From contig CATKFO010000059.1 of NCBI GenBank assembly GCA_949747515.1, positions 17,813 through 81,812 of the forward strand: DNA of 64,000 nucleotides, given 5' to 3'. The position numbers and the translations under genes are program-made. Below the pieces are notes generated by a model that was given only the letters and a program-made list of their open reading frames with translations, was not told the DNA's origin and did not search any database. Positions 55,757 through 64,000 of the stretch are shown in pieces (the stretch's first letter is position 1; each line of letters opens with the position of its first letter). The DNA comes from an uncultured Eubacteriales bacterium (lineage in GTDB: Bacteria; Bacillota; Clostridia; Oscillospirales; CAG-272).

Positions 55757-56362
55757 ATGAAATTAAACCTTAATAAAACCGAGCTTGTAATATCTGCTGG
55801 AAGAAATGATCAGTTTCCAAGGCAGTTATTGCCTCAGGTAGCTTTTTCAGGACGATCTAACGTAGGAAAGTCTTCTCTTATTAACTCGCTGATTGGAAGA
55901 AAATCGTTAGCCCGTGTCAGCGGTTCGCCGGGAAAAACGGTTACCGTCAATTTTTATCGGATTGATAATTCCGTATATTTTGTTGATTTACCGGGATACG
56001 GATACGCCAAGCGCACATATGAAGACAAGCTGAGATGGTCGTCTTTGACCGACGGATATTTTACAAATAATCCAAATATCGATCTTTTGAAACTGACCGT
56101 ACAGCTTATAGACAGTAGAATCGGACCGACCAAAGACGACCTTGATATGCTTAAATATATGGCGGAAGCAAAAGTTAATCATATTATTGTCGCGACTAAA
56201 GCCGACAAACTAAACGCTACGGAAAGACGCAAAATAATTGAGATTGTGCAAAATGAAAGTCTTTGTTCCTATGCGAACGCTTTTATTCTGTATTCGTCTT
56301 CAAACGGCTTGGGTCGAGAAGAACTGTGGAATGAAATAACGTCTCACTGCGACCTTAAATGA
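55757..56362 (+). CDS. engB: ribosome biogenesis GTP-binding protein YihA/YsxC
   Basis: GRSNVGKSSLIN G1 motif, DLPGYG, and TKADK G4 motif. Confidence 0.9.
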   Translation: MKLNLNKTELVISAGRNDQFPRQLLPQVAFSGRSNVGKSSLINSLIGRKSLARVSGSPGKTVTVNFYRIDNSVYFVDLPGYGYAKRTYEDKLRWSSLTDGYFTNNPNIDLLKLTVQLIDSRIGPTKDDLDMLKYMAEAKVNHIIVATKADKLNATERRKIIEIVQNESLCSYANAFILYSSSNGLGREELWNEITSHCDLK

Positions 56363-56410
56363 ATTAAATTATGATAGCTGATACATAACGAGAAAGAAAG
56401 GCAAAACAAT

Positions 56411-57709
56411 ATGATACTTCATGAATCTTTTGGAATAAACGAAAAAGGACGCCTTACCATCGACGGCCTTGACGCGGTTGAGCTTGCCGATCAGTTCGGA
56501 ACTCCTTCTATGTTTATATCGGAGGATAAAGTTCGAAAAATGTGCCGTATGTACAAATCGGCGTTCGCAGAGTATTTTGGAGGAGCGTCCTCTCCTATAT
56601 ATGCGGGAAAAGCCCTTTGCTTCAAAAGACTGTATGAAGTAATGAAGGAAGAGGAATTTCTCGCGGATTGCGTATCGTCCGGAGAAATAGAGACTGCGAG
56701 AGCGGCAGGCTATCCGATGGAAAACATTTTTTTCCATGGCAATAATAAGACGGACGAAGATCTTAAACGAGCCGTAAAATATGGAGTCGGTCATATTGTT
56801 GTAGACGGAGTTGAAGAGCTTTTAGCTCTTGAGGACATATGCGCGGCGGAAGGGAGAATCCAGAAGATACTTCTTCGTATAACTCCCGGCATTGATCCTC
56901 ATACTCACAAAAAAATCATAACGGGAAACGTAGACTCAAAATTTGGTTCCGCAATATCTACCGGGCAGGCTGAAGCTATAGTTCGGCTTGCTCTAACAAT
57001 GAAGCGCCTTGATTTGAGCGGATTCCATTGTCATGTAGGATCTCAGATATTTGACATCGATCCATTCCGCGACGCTGCCGATATTATGCTTAAATTTATT
57101 TTCGATATGGAAAAAAATACCGGATTTGAAGCTAAAATACTTAATCTCGGAGGCGGTTTTGGCGTTCGTTATACAGAGGACGATCCCAAGATAGATTATC
57201 GCGACAATATTCGCAGACTTGGTGAAGAAATAGATAAAATGTGCGCTTCGCTCGGCGTCAATAAGCCTTCGATTATGATGGAACCGGGGAGATCAGTCGT
57301 AGCTGCCGCCGGGGCTACGCTTTATACGGCGGGTTCCGTAAAAGAAATACCCGGATTCAGAAATTATGTGTCTATCGACGGGGGAATGACGGATAATCCG
57401 CGTTATACATTGTATCAATCTCAGTACACTGTGCTTAACGCGACTCGGACGACAGATAGAGCAGATTGGGAGTGTACCGTCGGCGGGCGGTGCTGTGAAA
57501 GCGGCGATCTAATTGCCGAGGGAATAAAGATAGCAAAGCCCAAGCGCGGCGATATCATAGCCGTTCTTGTTACGGGAGCTTATAACTATTCTATGGCGTC
57601 TAATTATAACCGTGTTCCACGTCCTCCTGTAGTTATGATAAGCAAAGGGAAGCCGTACGTAGCGGTAAGACGAGAGACGTACGACGATATTATCTCTCTC
57701 GACGAATAA
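56411..57709 (+). CDS. lysA: diaminopimelate decarboxylase
   Basis: Group IV PLP decarboxylase pattern (HCHVGSQI, GGGFG, EPGRS, CESGD, GAYN). Confidence 0.9.
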   Translation: MILHESFGINEKGRLTIDGLDAVELADQFGTPSMFISEDKVRKMCRMYKSAFAEYFGGASSPIYAGKALCFKRLYEVMKEEEFLADCVSSGEIETARAAGYPMENIFFHGNNKTDEDLKRAVKYGVGHIVVDGVEELLALEDICAAEGRIQKILLRITPGIDPHTHKKIITGNVDSKFGSAISTGQAEAIVRLALTMKRLDLSGFHCHVGSQIFDIDPFRDAADIMLKFIFDMEKNTGFEAKILNLGGGFGVRYTEDDPKIDYRDNIRRLGEEIDKMCASLGVNKPSIMMEPGRSVVAAAGATLYTAGSVKEIPGFRNYVSIDGGMTDNPRYTLYQSQYTVLNATRTTDRADWECTVGGRCCESGDLIAEGIKIAKPKRGDIIAVLVTGAYNYSMASNYNRVPRPPVVMISKGKPYVAVRRETYDDIISLDE

Positions 57710-57732
57710 TGCTTTGAAAGGCTTGGAGCATA

Positions 57733-58401
57733 ATGTTTGAAAATTTTGATATTATAAGATTCATTTTGACGATTCCAGCCTTGCTTCTTACTCTGACAAT
57801 TCATGAATACGCTCATGGCTATGCCGCAATGAAGCTGGGCGATCCTACGGCGCGTAATCTTGGAAGACTTACCTTAAATCCGCTTAAGCACCTTGATCCG
57901 CTTGGAGCGCTTTGTATGCTGTTTTTCCATTTTGGGTGGGCGAAGCCTGTTCCAATAAATGCAAGGTATTTTAAGAATCCGCGTAAGGACATGGCTCTTA
58001 CCGCTCTTGCCGGACCGACGTCGAACGTTATTCTTGCATTTATTGGAGTAATACTGCTGTGTGTCTTTCAAAATATTTTTAACGCGTTCCCGCCAAATAG
58101 CGAATTTATTTACAACATATACGATCTAACATTCGTCTTCTTTTCAATTTTTATTTCCCTAAACGCCTCGTTCGCAATATTTAATATGCTTCCTGTGCCT
58201 CCTCTTGACGGATCAAGATTTTTTTATGTATTTCTTCCCTCCAAATGGTATTTTGGAATTATGAAATATGAAAGATATATTATGCTTGCGATGTTTTTAC
58301 TGATTTGGGGAGGAGCGTTTGATATAATCCTCGGAACGCTGGCGCAAAATTTAATTTCCCTTATGTTCAAAGCGGTAAGAATAGTACCGTTTTTCAGATA
58401 A
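57733..58401 (+). CDS. site-2 protease (M50) family membrane metalloprotease
   Basis: HEYAHG HExxH motif within a TM helix, plus LPVPPLDG. Confidence 0.8.
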   Translation: MFENFDIIRFILTIPALLLTLTIHEYAHGYAAMKLGDPTARNLGRLTLNPLKHLDPLGALCMLFFHFGWAKPVPINARYFKNPRKDMALTALAGPTSNVILAFIGVILLCVFQNIFNAFPPNSEFIYNIYDLTFVFFSIFISLNASFAIFNMLPVPPLDGSRFFYVFLPSKWYFGIMKYERYIMLAMFLLIWGGAFDIILGTLAQNLISLMFKAVRIVPFFR

Positions 58402-58403
58402 TT

Positions 58404-59252
58404 ATGGATAGTATAAGCTATAAACTTGACCAATTTGAGGGACCGCTGGATTTGCTATTAACTCTGATCTCCAAGAATAAGATCGATATAAACGACATTC
58501 CTATAGCAATGCTATGCGCTCAGTATATGGAGTATATCACGGCGGAAGAAAATCGAAATATTGAAATTTCCTCAGAATTTCTTATTATGGCGAGCGAATT
58601 GATGTTGATTAAAAGCCGTATGCTACTGCCGAAGAAAGACGACGAAGAAGACCCGCGCGCGTCGCTTGTCGAGGCTATGCTTGAATATCAGCGGGCAAAA
58701 GCTGCGGCCGCAAAAATGAATCTTTTATATTCAACATACGGTTTGCGAATGGTAAAAGAGCAGGACGAAATTTCAGTAGACAAGACCTACGTCGCCGATC
58801 ATTCGCCTGATCTGTTAGTTAAAGCGTTTAGAAAAGTATTGGCTGAAGTTAACGTAAGCGACGAAAAAGCTAAAGAAAGATTCGAACCTTTAGTCAACAG
58901 ACGCCAAGTATCCGTGTTTTCTGTTGCGTCGGCGCTTATGATTCAGCTTAAGCGTAATAAAAGCTTTTTTCTCGACGATTTTTTTTCATCGGAAGACGGA
59001 CGTTCGGCTCTCGTAGCGAAATTTATGGCGTTGCTCGAAATGCTTCGTTCCGGCATAATCGCTATTGAAATTGAAAATTGTGAAAACGAAGACGGAATTA
59101 TAAACGCCGATTCGCATATATCGATATGTTTGTCGGAAGATGCGGATGAAAGCAGACTGGAAGAACTTTTTATAAAAGAGGCGTACGACGATCAAAATGA
59201 AGCTTCAAGCGCTGCTATGGAAACGATCTCTACCGAGTCTATAGGCGTTTAA
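58404..59252 (+). CDS. scpA: segregation and condensation protein A
   Basis: N-terminus YKLDQFEGPLDLLLTLI typical of ScpA; directly precedes scpB. Confidence 0.88.
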   Translation: MDSISYKLDQFEGPLDLLLTLISKNKIDINDIPIAMLCAQYMEYITAEENRNIEISSEFLIMASELMLIKSRMLLPKKDDEEDPRASLVEAMLEYQRAKAAAAKMNLLYSTYGLRMVKEQDEISVDKTYVADHSPDLLVKAFRKVLAEVNVSDEKAKERFEPLVNRRQVSVFSVASALMIQLKRNKSFFLDDFFSSEDGRSALVAKFMALLEMLRSGIIAIEIENCENEDGIINADSHISICLSEDADESRLEELFIKEAYDDQNEASSAAMETISTESIGV

Positions 59253-59297
59253 AATGATATATAACTGCCGAATATAAACGCAGAAGGAGATTATTAT

Positions 59298-59978
59298 ATG
59301 ATTGAAAGTGAAAATATCGTAGGGTATGACGTTGACACTGAGGTCGTTATCTCCGGATGCGCGACGGAAAGCCCTGAAGACTTATCCAAGGACATAAAAA
59401 AATGCGAGCGAATAATTGAATCTGTATTATTTGCCGCAGGCCATCCGGTCGAATATACTCGTCTTGCGGACTCTATGGGAATTTCATTGCGGCTTTGTCA
59501 TAAGATTGTAAGCGATTATGCGGAAAAATATAATAATTGCAGCGAGATTTCCAGAGGAATTATGATGGCTTTGTTTCCTGATTCCTGTCAAATATGTACT
59601 CGCGAAGAGTACGGCTCATATATTCGAACAGCCCTTGGTATAAGACGAGGGGGGAACCTTTCCAATTCATCCCTTGAGGTCCTTGCTATAGTAGCCTATA
59701 ATCAGCCTGTAACACGCGCTTTTGTAGATACGGTTCGCGGAGTTGATTCAAGCTACGCCATGACAAGCATGTGCGATAAAAAGCTTCTTGAAACTTGCGG
59801 GAGGCTCGACGTACCGGGAAGACCTATGTTGTATAGAACAACAGATAATTTTTTGAGGGTATTTGGACTCAGTTCTCTCTCGGAACTGCCGGCTATAACT
59901 ACTGACGATGGAACTACTGTTTTACCTCCGGAGGGAGAACAGATTCACATGGAAATAGATGAAAAATCAGAGTCATAA
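59298..59978 (+). CDS. scpB: segregation and condensation protein B
   Basis: IESVLFAAGHPV and LEVLAIVAYNQPVTRAFVDTVRGV motifs of ScpB. Confidence 0.88.
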   Translation: MIESENIVGYDVDTEVVISGCATESPEDLSKDIKKCERIIESVLFAAGHPVEYTRLADSMGISLRLCHKIVSDYAEKYNNCSEISRGIMMALFPDSCQICTREEYGSYIRTALGIRRGGNLSNSSLEVLAIVAYNQPVTRAFVDTVRGVDSSYAMTSMCDKKLLETCGRLDVPGRPMLYRTTDNFLRVFGLSSLSELPAITTDDGTTVLPPEGEQIHMEIDEKSES

Positions 59979-60068
59979 AATTTATACTCTTTGAATTTTA
60001 TAATCGCCGCATAAGATAAACTTATTGTAGAAGTATTTGTCGAATCTCTGTAATATGGAGGTGAAAAT

Positions 60069-60677
60069 ATGACGGCTTTGATCATAATTATAGCGATTAT
60101 ATCAGTAATTATTATGGTTCTATTTTCATTTTTTACTATTGAAATTGTATACGACGGTTCGTCTCGAGTTAAGGCAGGCGTGGGGCTGATAAAATTTAAT
60201 GTGTATCCTGCGAATAAAAAAGCTTCTATGCTGTCGTCAAGGAAGTATAAAAAACTAAGAAAAGCAACACGAAATAGAACGATCGCGCCGCATACTGAAA
60301 AAACAGATAAAATTGAGACTTCAGATTTTATTTTCTTTACAAAGACAATTATCAAACGTCTCGACAGCTATCTTGAATACCTTCATACAAAGATAGTAAA
60401 ACTTAATATAGATGTGGGCGGAGAAGATGCCGCAGCCGCTTCTTTGAAGTATGGAATTGTCGCCCAGTCCGTTCGCTTGCTTTACGAACTGCTGGATGAA
60501 CAAACTGCGCTTTCGGCCGATTCATGCGATAAAATATCTGTAAAATGCAATTTTTTAGATAACTTTACCACTATTGATTGTCGTATACGAATGAAAATTA
60601 GAATACTTAATCTTTTTCGAATAGGATTTGAAACTCTTGCAGCTCATATAAACTTTAATTCAGATAATAAAGAATGA
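60069..60677 (+). CDS. DUF2953-like (YtfI-like) sporulation-associated membrane protein
   Basis: N-terminal TM; sits immediately upstream of the ytfJ-like gene. Called on family resemblance only. Confidence 0.55.
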   Translation: MTALIIIIAIISVIIMVLFSFFTIEIVYDGSSRVKAGVGLIKFNVYPANKKASMLSSRKYKKLRKATRNRTIAPHTEKTDKIETSDFIFFTKTIIKRLDSYLEYLHTKIVKLNIDVGGEDAAAASLKYGIVAQSVRLLYELLDEQTALSADSCDKISVKCNFLDNFTTIDCRIRMKIRILNLFRIGFETLAAHINFNSDNKE

Positions 60678-60692
60678 AAGGATGAAAATAAA

Positions 60693-61097
60693 ATGGCCGA
60701 AAATAAGATGAGCGATATAATAAAAACATCTCTTGAAAATATTAAAGGAATGCTTGACGCTAATACGATTATCGGGGAACCGATCGTTACTCCAAGCGGT
60801 ACGACGCTCATTCCCGTATCCAAGATATCTATGGGTTATGTGTCGGGAGGAGTCGACTATTTGAGCAAAAAAAATACGGATCGATCAAATTCAAATAATT
60901 TTGGAGGAGGAGGAGGAACGGGAGTTACGCTTTCTCCAGTTGCTTTCATTGTTTTAAAGTCTAACGGAGATTGTGAAATGCTTAATATTAACTCTCCATC
61001 GGCTCCCGAAGACAAAATAACTCAAATTATATCCGCTATCGAGCGTTCTCCCGAGCTTATAGAGAAACTTAAAGGCGTTTTCAAAAAAAAGGAGTGA
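60693..61097 (+). CDS. ytfJ: YtfJ/GerW-family sporulation protein
   Basis: IIGEPIVTPSGTTLIPVSKISMGYVSGG and GGGGGTGVTLSPVAF segments are typical of the family. Confidence 0.82.
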   Translation: MAENKMSDIIKTSLENIKGMLDANTIIGEPIVTPSGTTLIPVSKISMGYVSGGVDYLSKKNTDRSNSNNFGGGGGTGVTLSPVAFIVLKSNGDCEMLNINSPSAPEDKITQIISAIERSPELIEKLKGVFKKKE

Positions 61098-61230
61098 CAG
61101 GAAGAATCGTTTAGCCGTCGGTAACTGATGGCTTGTCGCCCTAAAATTATCACGCGAAATATTAGCATAACATCATCTTTCGGTAGGATACTACATTTCG
61201 TAAGAATTATTACGGAAAGGTATTCTTTAT

Positions 61231-62391
61231 ATGAAAAAGAACGGAGTAAGACGTTTGACGGCGTTTTTGACGTTGTCGCTAATGACCTTATCGGGGCTGT
61301 CGCCATGCATATACGCGAAAAAAAACGACGATCAAGCTTCTGTTCCGTCAGTGTCGGCCGAGGCTGCGGTACTGATGGAGGCGGTAAGCGGAGACGTAAT
61401 TTTTGAAAAAAATTCTGATAAAAGACTTCCTATGGCAAGCACTACTAAGATTATGACCGCTCTCGTTGCTATTGAAAAGCAAAGCGGACTTGATTACGAC
61501 GTAAAGGTAGCGTCAGACGCGGCGGGGGTTGAAGGATCCTCAATCTATTTAAAGGCCGGCGAAACTATCACAATGGAAAGTCTTTTATACGCTCTTTTAC
61601 TTGAAAGCGCCAACGATGCCGCAGCGGCTATAGCTTATGAGATTTCCGGAGGGATCGAGCCATTTGCGGAACTTATGAATGAAACGGCTGAAAGAATAGG
61701 ACTTCAAAACACTCATTTTATGAATCCTCACGGATTAGACGACGAGCAGCATTATACCACAGCGCATGATTTGGCTAAGCTTACGTCCTATGCGCTTAAA
61801 AACGAAAAATTTCGCGAGATTGTCTCAACTTATAAAAAGACCATACCTTTGGGCGATGGGGACGGCACGAGACTTTTGCTAAATCATAATAAAATGCTTC
61901 GTATATACGACAACGCGATCGGAGTTAAAACTGGTTTTACTAAAAAAAGCGGCAGATGCCTTGTTTCTGCTGCAGAGCGCGACGGAGTTACGATGGTGGC
62001 GGTCACCCTGAAAGCGCCGGACGATTGGAACGACCATGAGAAAATGCTTGATTATGGATTTTCAAAATACTCGTTAAATAAAATAGCGTCTCCGGGACAG
62101 TTTTATACTCACATAAATTGTATAGGGGGAGATAAATCAACCGTTAGATGCTCAAATCGTGACGAGCTGGCTATTCCGCTTCCTATAGGAACAAGGGTTA
62201 CGAGCAGAATTGAAGCCGAGAGATATTTTCCCGCGCCGATAAATAGCGGAGACGCTCTCGCTCGCGTAATATTTAGCGTGGACGGCGAGGAAATTGCTTC
62301 AGCGCCGCTATATTCTGAAGAAGACGTGGCTCTTGTTCAAGATGAACCCGGCGTTATAGCAAAAATATTAAGATTTTTTGGAATTGGATAA
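61231..62391 (+). CDS. D-alanyl-D-alanine carboxypeptidase (PBP5/DacB-type)
   Basis: Signal peptide, SxxK (ASTTKIMT), SxN (ESAND) and KTG (VKTGFT) motifs. Confidence 0.9.
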   Translation: MKKNGVRRLTAFLTLSLMTLSGLSPCIYAKKNDDQASVPSVSAEAAVLMEAVSGDVIFEKNSDKRLPMASTTKIMTALVAIEKQSGLDYDVKVASDAAGVEGSSIYLKAGETITMESLLYALLLESANDAAAAIAYEISGGIEPFAELMNETAERIGLQNTHFMNPHGLDDEQHYTTAHDLAKLTSYALKNEKFREIVSTYKKTIPLGDGDGTRLLLNHNKMLRIYDNAIGVKTGFTKKSGRCLVSAAERDGVTMVAVTLKAPDDWNDHEKMLDYGFSKYSLNKIASPGQFYTHINCIGGDKSTVRCSNRDELAIPLPIGTRVTSRIEAERYFPAPINSGDALARVIFSVDGEEIASAPLYSEEDVALVQDEPGVIAKILRFFGIG

Positions 62392-62407
62392 ACGGAGCGA
62401 TGCATTT

Positions 62408-63142
62408 ATGTCGGAAATAAGACTTCAAAAATATTTTACCGATTGCGGTATTATGTCGAGAAGAGCCGCAGAGCGTGAAATTGAAGCAGGTCGAGTTCTC
62501 GTTAATAGCGCTCCAGCCGCTCTTGGAACAAAAATTGATCCTTCAGTAGATACTGTCGAATACAACGGAAAAATAATATCCGATAATTCCCGCGGACATT
62601 CCCGCGGTACATATATTTTACTCAATAAACCAATAGGTTATGTGACGACAACATCGGATGAAAAGGGAAGGCTTACCGTGCTGGATCTTGTAAAAGACGT
62701 TTCTTGCAGAGTGTATCCTGTCGGAAGACTGGACATGTATTCGGACGGTCTGTTAATAATGACAAACGACGGAGCGTTAACAAATAGACTAACGCATCCA
62801 TCTCACGGTATAAGTAAAACGTATATTGCGGAAATACCTATGAATATAACTGAAGACGACGTGGAAAGACTGCGTACTCCTTTTGAGATCGACGGACGGA
62901 TGATCCGCTCGCCTCAAGTAAAAATTATCGATTCTAAAAATGGAAAACGTCCGCTATCTCATATTGAGATAGTTTTATGCGAAGGGAGAAATCGTCAGAT
63001 ACGACGAATGTGCGAGAGAGCAGGATTTAAGCTTACTCGTCTAACAAGAGTTAAAATAGGCGATATCCGTATCGGAAATCTGCCTCTTGGAAAATGGAGA
63101 TATCTGACTGAAGACGAGATAAAATATTTGATGGAAACATGA
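62408..63142 (+). CDS. rluB: pseudouridine synthase (RluB/RsuA family)
   Basis: S4 domain N-terminus (RLQKYFTDCGIMSRRAAE) and catalytic GRLDMYSDGLLIMTND. Confidence 0.88.
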   Translation: MSEIRLQKYFTDCGIMSRRAAEREIEAGRVLVNSAPAALGTKIDPSVDTVEYNGKIISDNSRGHSRGTYILLNKPIGYVTTTSDEKGRLTVLDLVKDVSCRVYPVGRLDMYSDGLLIMTNDGALTNRLTHPSHGISKTYIAEIPMNITEDDVERLRTPFEIDGRMIRSPQVKIIDSKNGKRPLSHIEIVLCEGRNRQIRRMCERAGFKLTRLTRVKIGDIRIGNLPLGKWRYLTEDEIKYLMET

Positions 63143-63179
63143 AAGTCCAATTAAAAAATTTATTATAAGGATTAAAAAT

Positions 63180-63584
63180 ATGCTCGCTGTTAAACCAATT
63201 TATGATTTCAATGTAAAAGACGAGATATGCCGTCTTTGCGGAGTAGAGCATCGTACCGACTCATACGCCTATTTTGCGGCGGATGTAAACGACGACGCAA
63301 CAAAGATTAACTTCATCATCGGAGTATGCGTATTTAATATGAAGGGAGAAAATAACGTTATCGAGGCGCTGCCCGGCGCGCCGGGCGTTGAAGACGAAGA
63401 AGCTATGATTATAATGGCGAGAGCCGTTATGAATTTTATGTATCGCGCCGGTGTTAAAAAAGTGCGTTTGAACAAAGATGGGACGTCGTTGAGCACGGCT
63501 GAAAAGCTGGGATTTAAAGAAAGCGAAAAAATGACTATTGATCTTGCCGAATTTTATAAATCTCCCTGTAAATTCACCTCTTAA
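63180..63584 (+). CDS. hypothetical protein (134 aa)
   Basis: AAGGA RBS; no motif recognised. Confidence 0.5.
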   Translation: MLAVKPIYDFNVKDEICRLCGVEHRTDSYAYFAADVNDDATKINFIIGVCVFNMKGENNVIEALPGAPGVEDEEAMIIMARAVMNFMYRAGVKKVRLNKDGTSLSTAEKLGFKESEKMTIDLAEFYKSPCKFTS

Positions 63585-63688
63585 AATGATTCGAGGCATA
63601 GTAAATTTGATAATAGACTGCGGCTAAATAATTATTCAAATATAAATTGGAAAATTAAAAACTATAACTAATAATATAACTTTTTCGC

Positions 63689-63717
63689 TTGACAAAACAT
63701 AAATAAAGAAGTATAAT
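63689..63717 (+). promoter_or_regulatory. consensus sigma-A promoter of argG
   Basis: TTGACA (63689-63694), a 17-nt spacer, then TATAAT (63712-63717). Confidence 0.7.
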
Positions 63718-63720
63718 TGA

Positions 63721-63755
63721 TGCATAAACATTCACATGAGGTGAATAAAAATACA
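63721..63755 (+). promoter_or_regulatory. two tandem ARG-box-like operators (ArgR/AhrC)
   Basis: TGCATAAACATTCA (63721-63734) matches the core TGAATwwwwATTCA at 12/14. TGAATAAAAATACA (63742-63755) matches at 13/14. The two starts are 21 bp apart. Confidence 0.6.
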
Positions 63756-63766
63756 GGAGAAAAATC

Positions 63767-64000
63767 ATGAACAAAGAAAATATTAAGAAAGTGGTTCTTG
63801 CATACTCAGGCGGGCTTGATACGTCGATCATAATCCCGTGGCTGAAAGAAAATTATAATAACTGCGAAGTTATCGCAGTGTCTGGAAACGTCGGACAGGC
63901 GGACGAGTTGGACGGACTCGAGGAAAAGGCTATTGCTACCGGAGCGTCAAAACTATACGTCCTTGATCTTACCGAAGAGTATGTGGACGATTTTATTATG
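63767..64000 (+). CDS. argG: argininosuccinate synthase (5' part, runs off the window)
   Basis: [15 protein letters not shown]-binding N-terminus; AGGAGA RBS. Confidence 0.9.
   Translation, partial: MNKENIKKVVLAYSGGLDTSIIIPWLKENYNNCEVIAVSGNVGQADELDGLEEKAIATGASKLYVLDLTEEYVDDFIM

Noticed and set aside
1-64000. CRISPR arrays, tRNA and rRNA genes, reverse transcriptase or retron/DGR elements
   Set aside because: I saw no regularly spaced repeat array in any intergenic region, no GGTTCGAATCC-type T-arm or cloverleaf-sized GC-rich segment, and no RT motif in any ORF. A tRNAscan/Rfam run would be needed to be certain.

Overview
A 64-kb chromosomal segment from a low-GC, spore-forming Firmicute of Clostridia type (spoIVB, a SpoVAF/GerA-family protein, ytfI/ytfJ-like genes, a dac-type carboxypeptidase, an SLH wall protein). 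About 50 genes are ordinary housekeeping or transport functions: glyQS, rsmA, gap, pfkA, ychF, prfA, tsaC/sua5, a topoisomerase A subunit, GTP-type PEPCK, lon, engB, lysA, scpA/scpB, rluB, the start of argG, Ca-type and heavy-metal P-type ATPases, ZIP, MFS and PnuC-like transporters, and an OmpR/HK pair. I recognised no rRNA, tRNA or CRISPR array by eye. The stand-out is an integrative element of about 10.7 kb (roughly 21.6-32.4 kb) between the response regulator and ychF. Its right end carries a tyrosine integrase, an excisionase and a primase-helicase. It also has two separate divergent HTH-repressor switches with clear operator repeats, an orphan Phd/YefM antitoxin, and a small serine recombinase coupled to a CX5R phosphatase-fold protein. 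The most interesting cargo is a tightly coupled pair of zinc-ribbon membrane proteins, one with three tandem PspC domains; this is my best candidate for an undescribed accessory or defence-type system. The element seems to have inserted into the first codons of ychF. That leaves a strong orphan promoter plus a 6-codon ychF remnant on the left, with a replacement start on the right. Smaller points: a terminator-containing leader upstream of the pnuC-like gene, tandem ARG boxes at argG, a 7-1-7 palindrome on the ZIP promoter, a GGGtGRT/NifU-like pair, a Cys/acidic mini-protein next to a radical SAM gene, and an unannotated 41-codon membrane ORF. All functional calls rest on motif recognition by eye; no database search was run.
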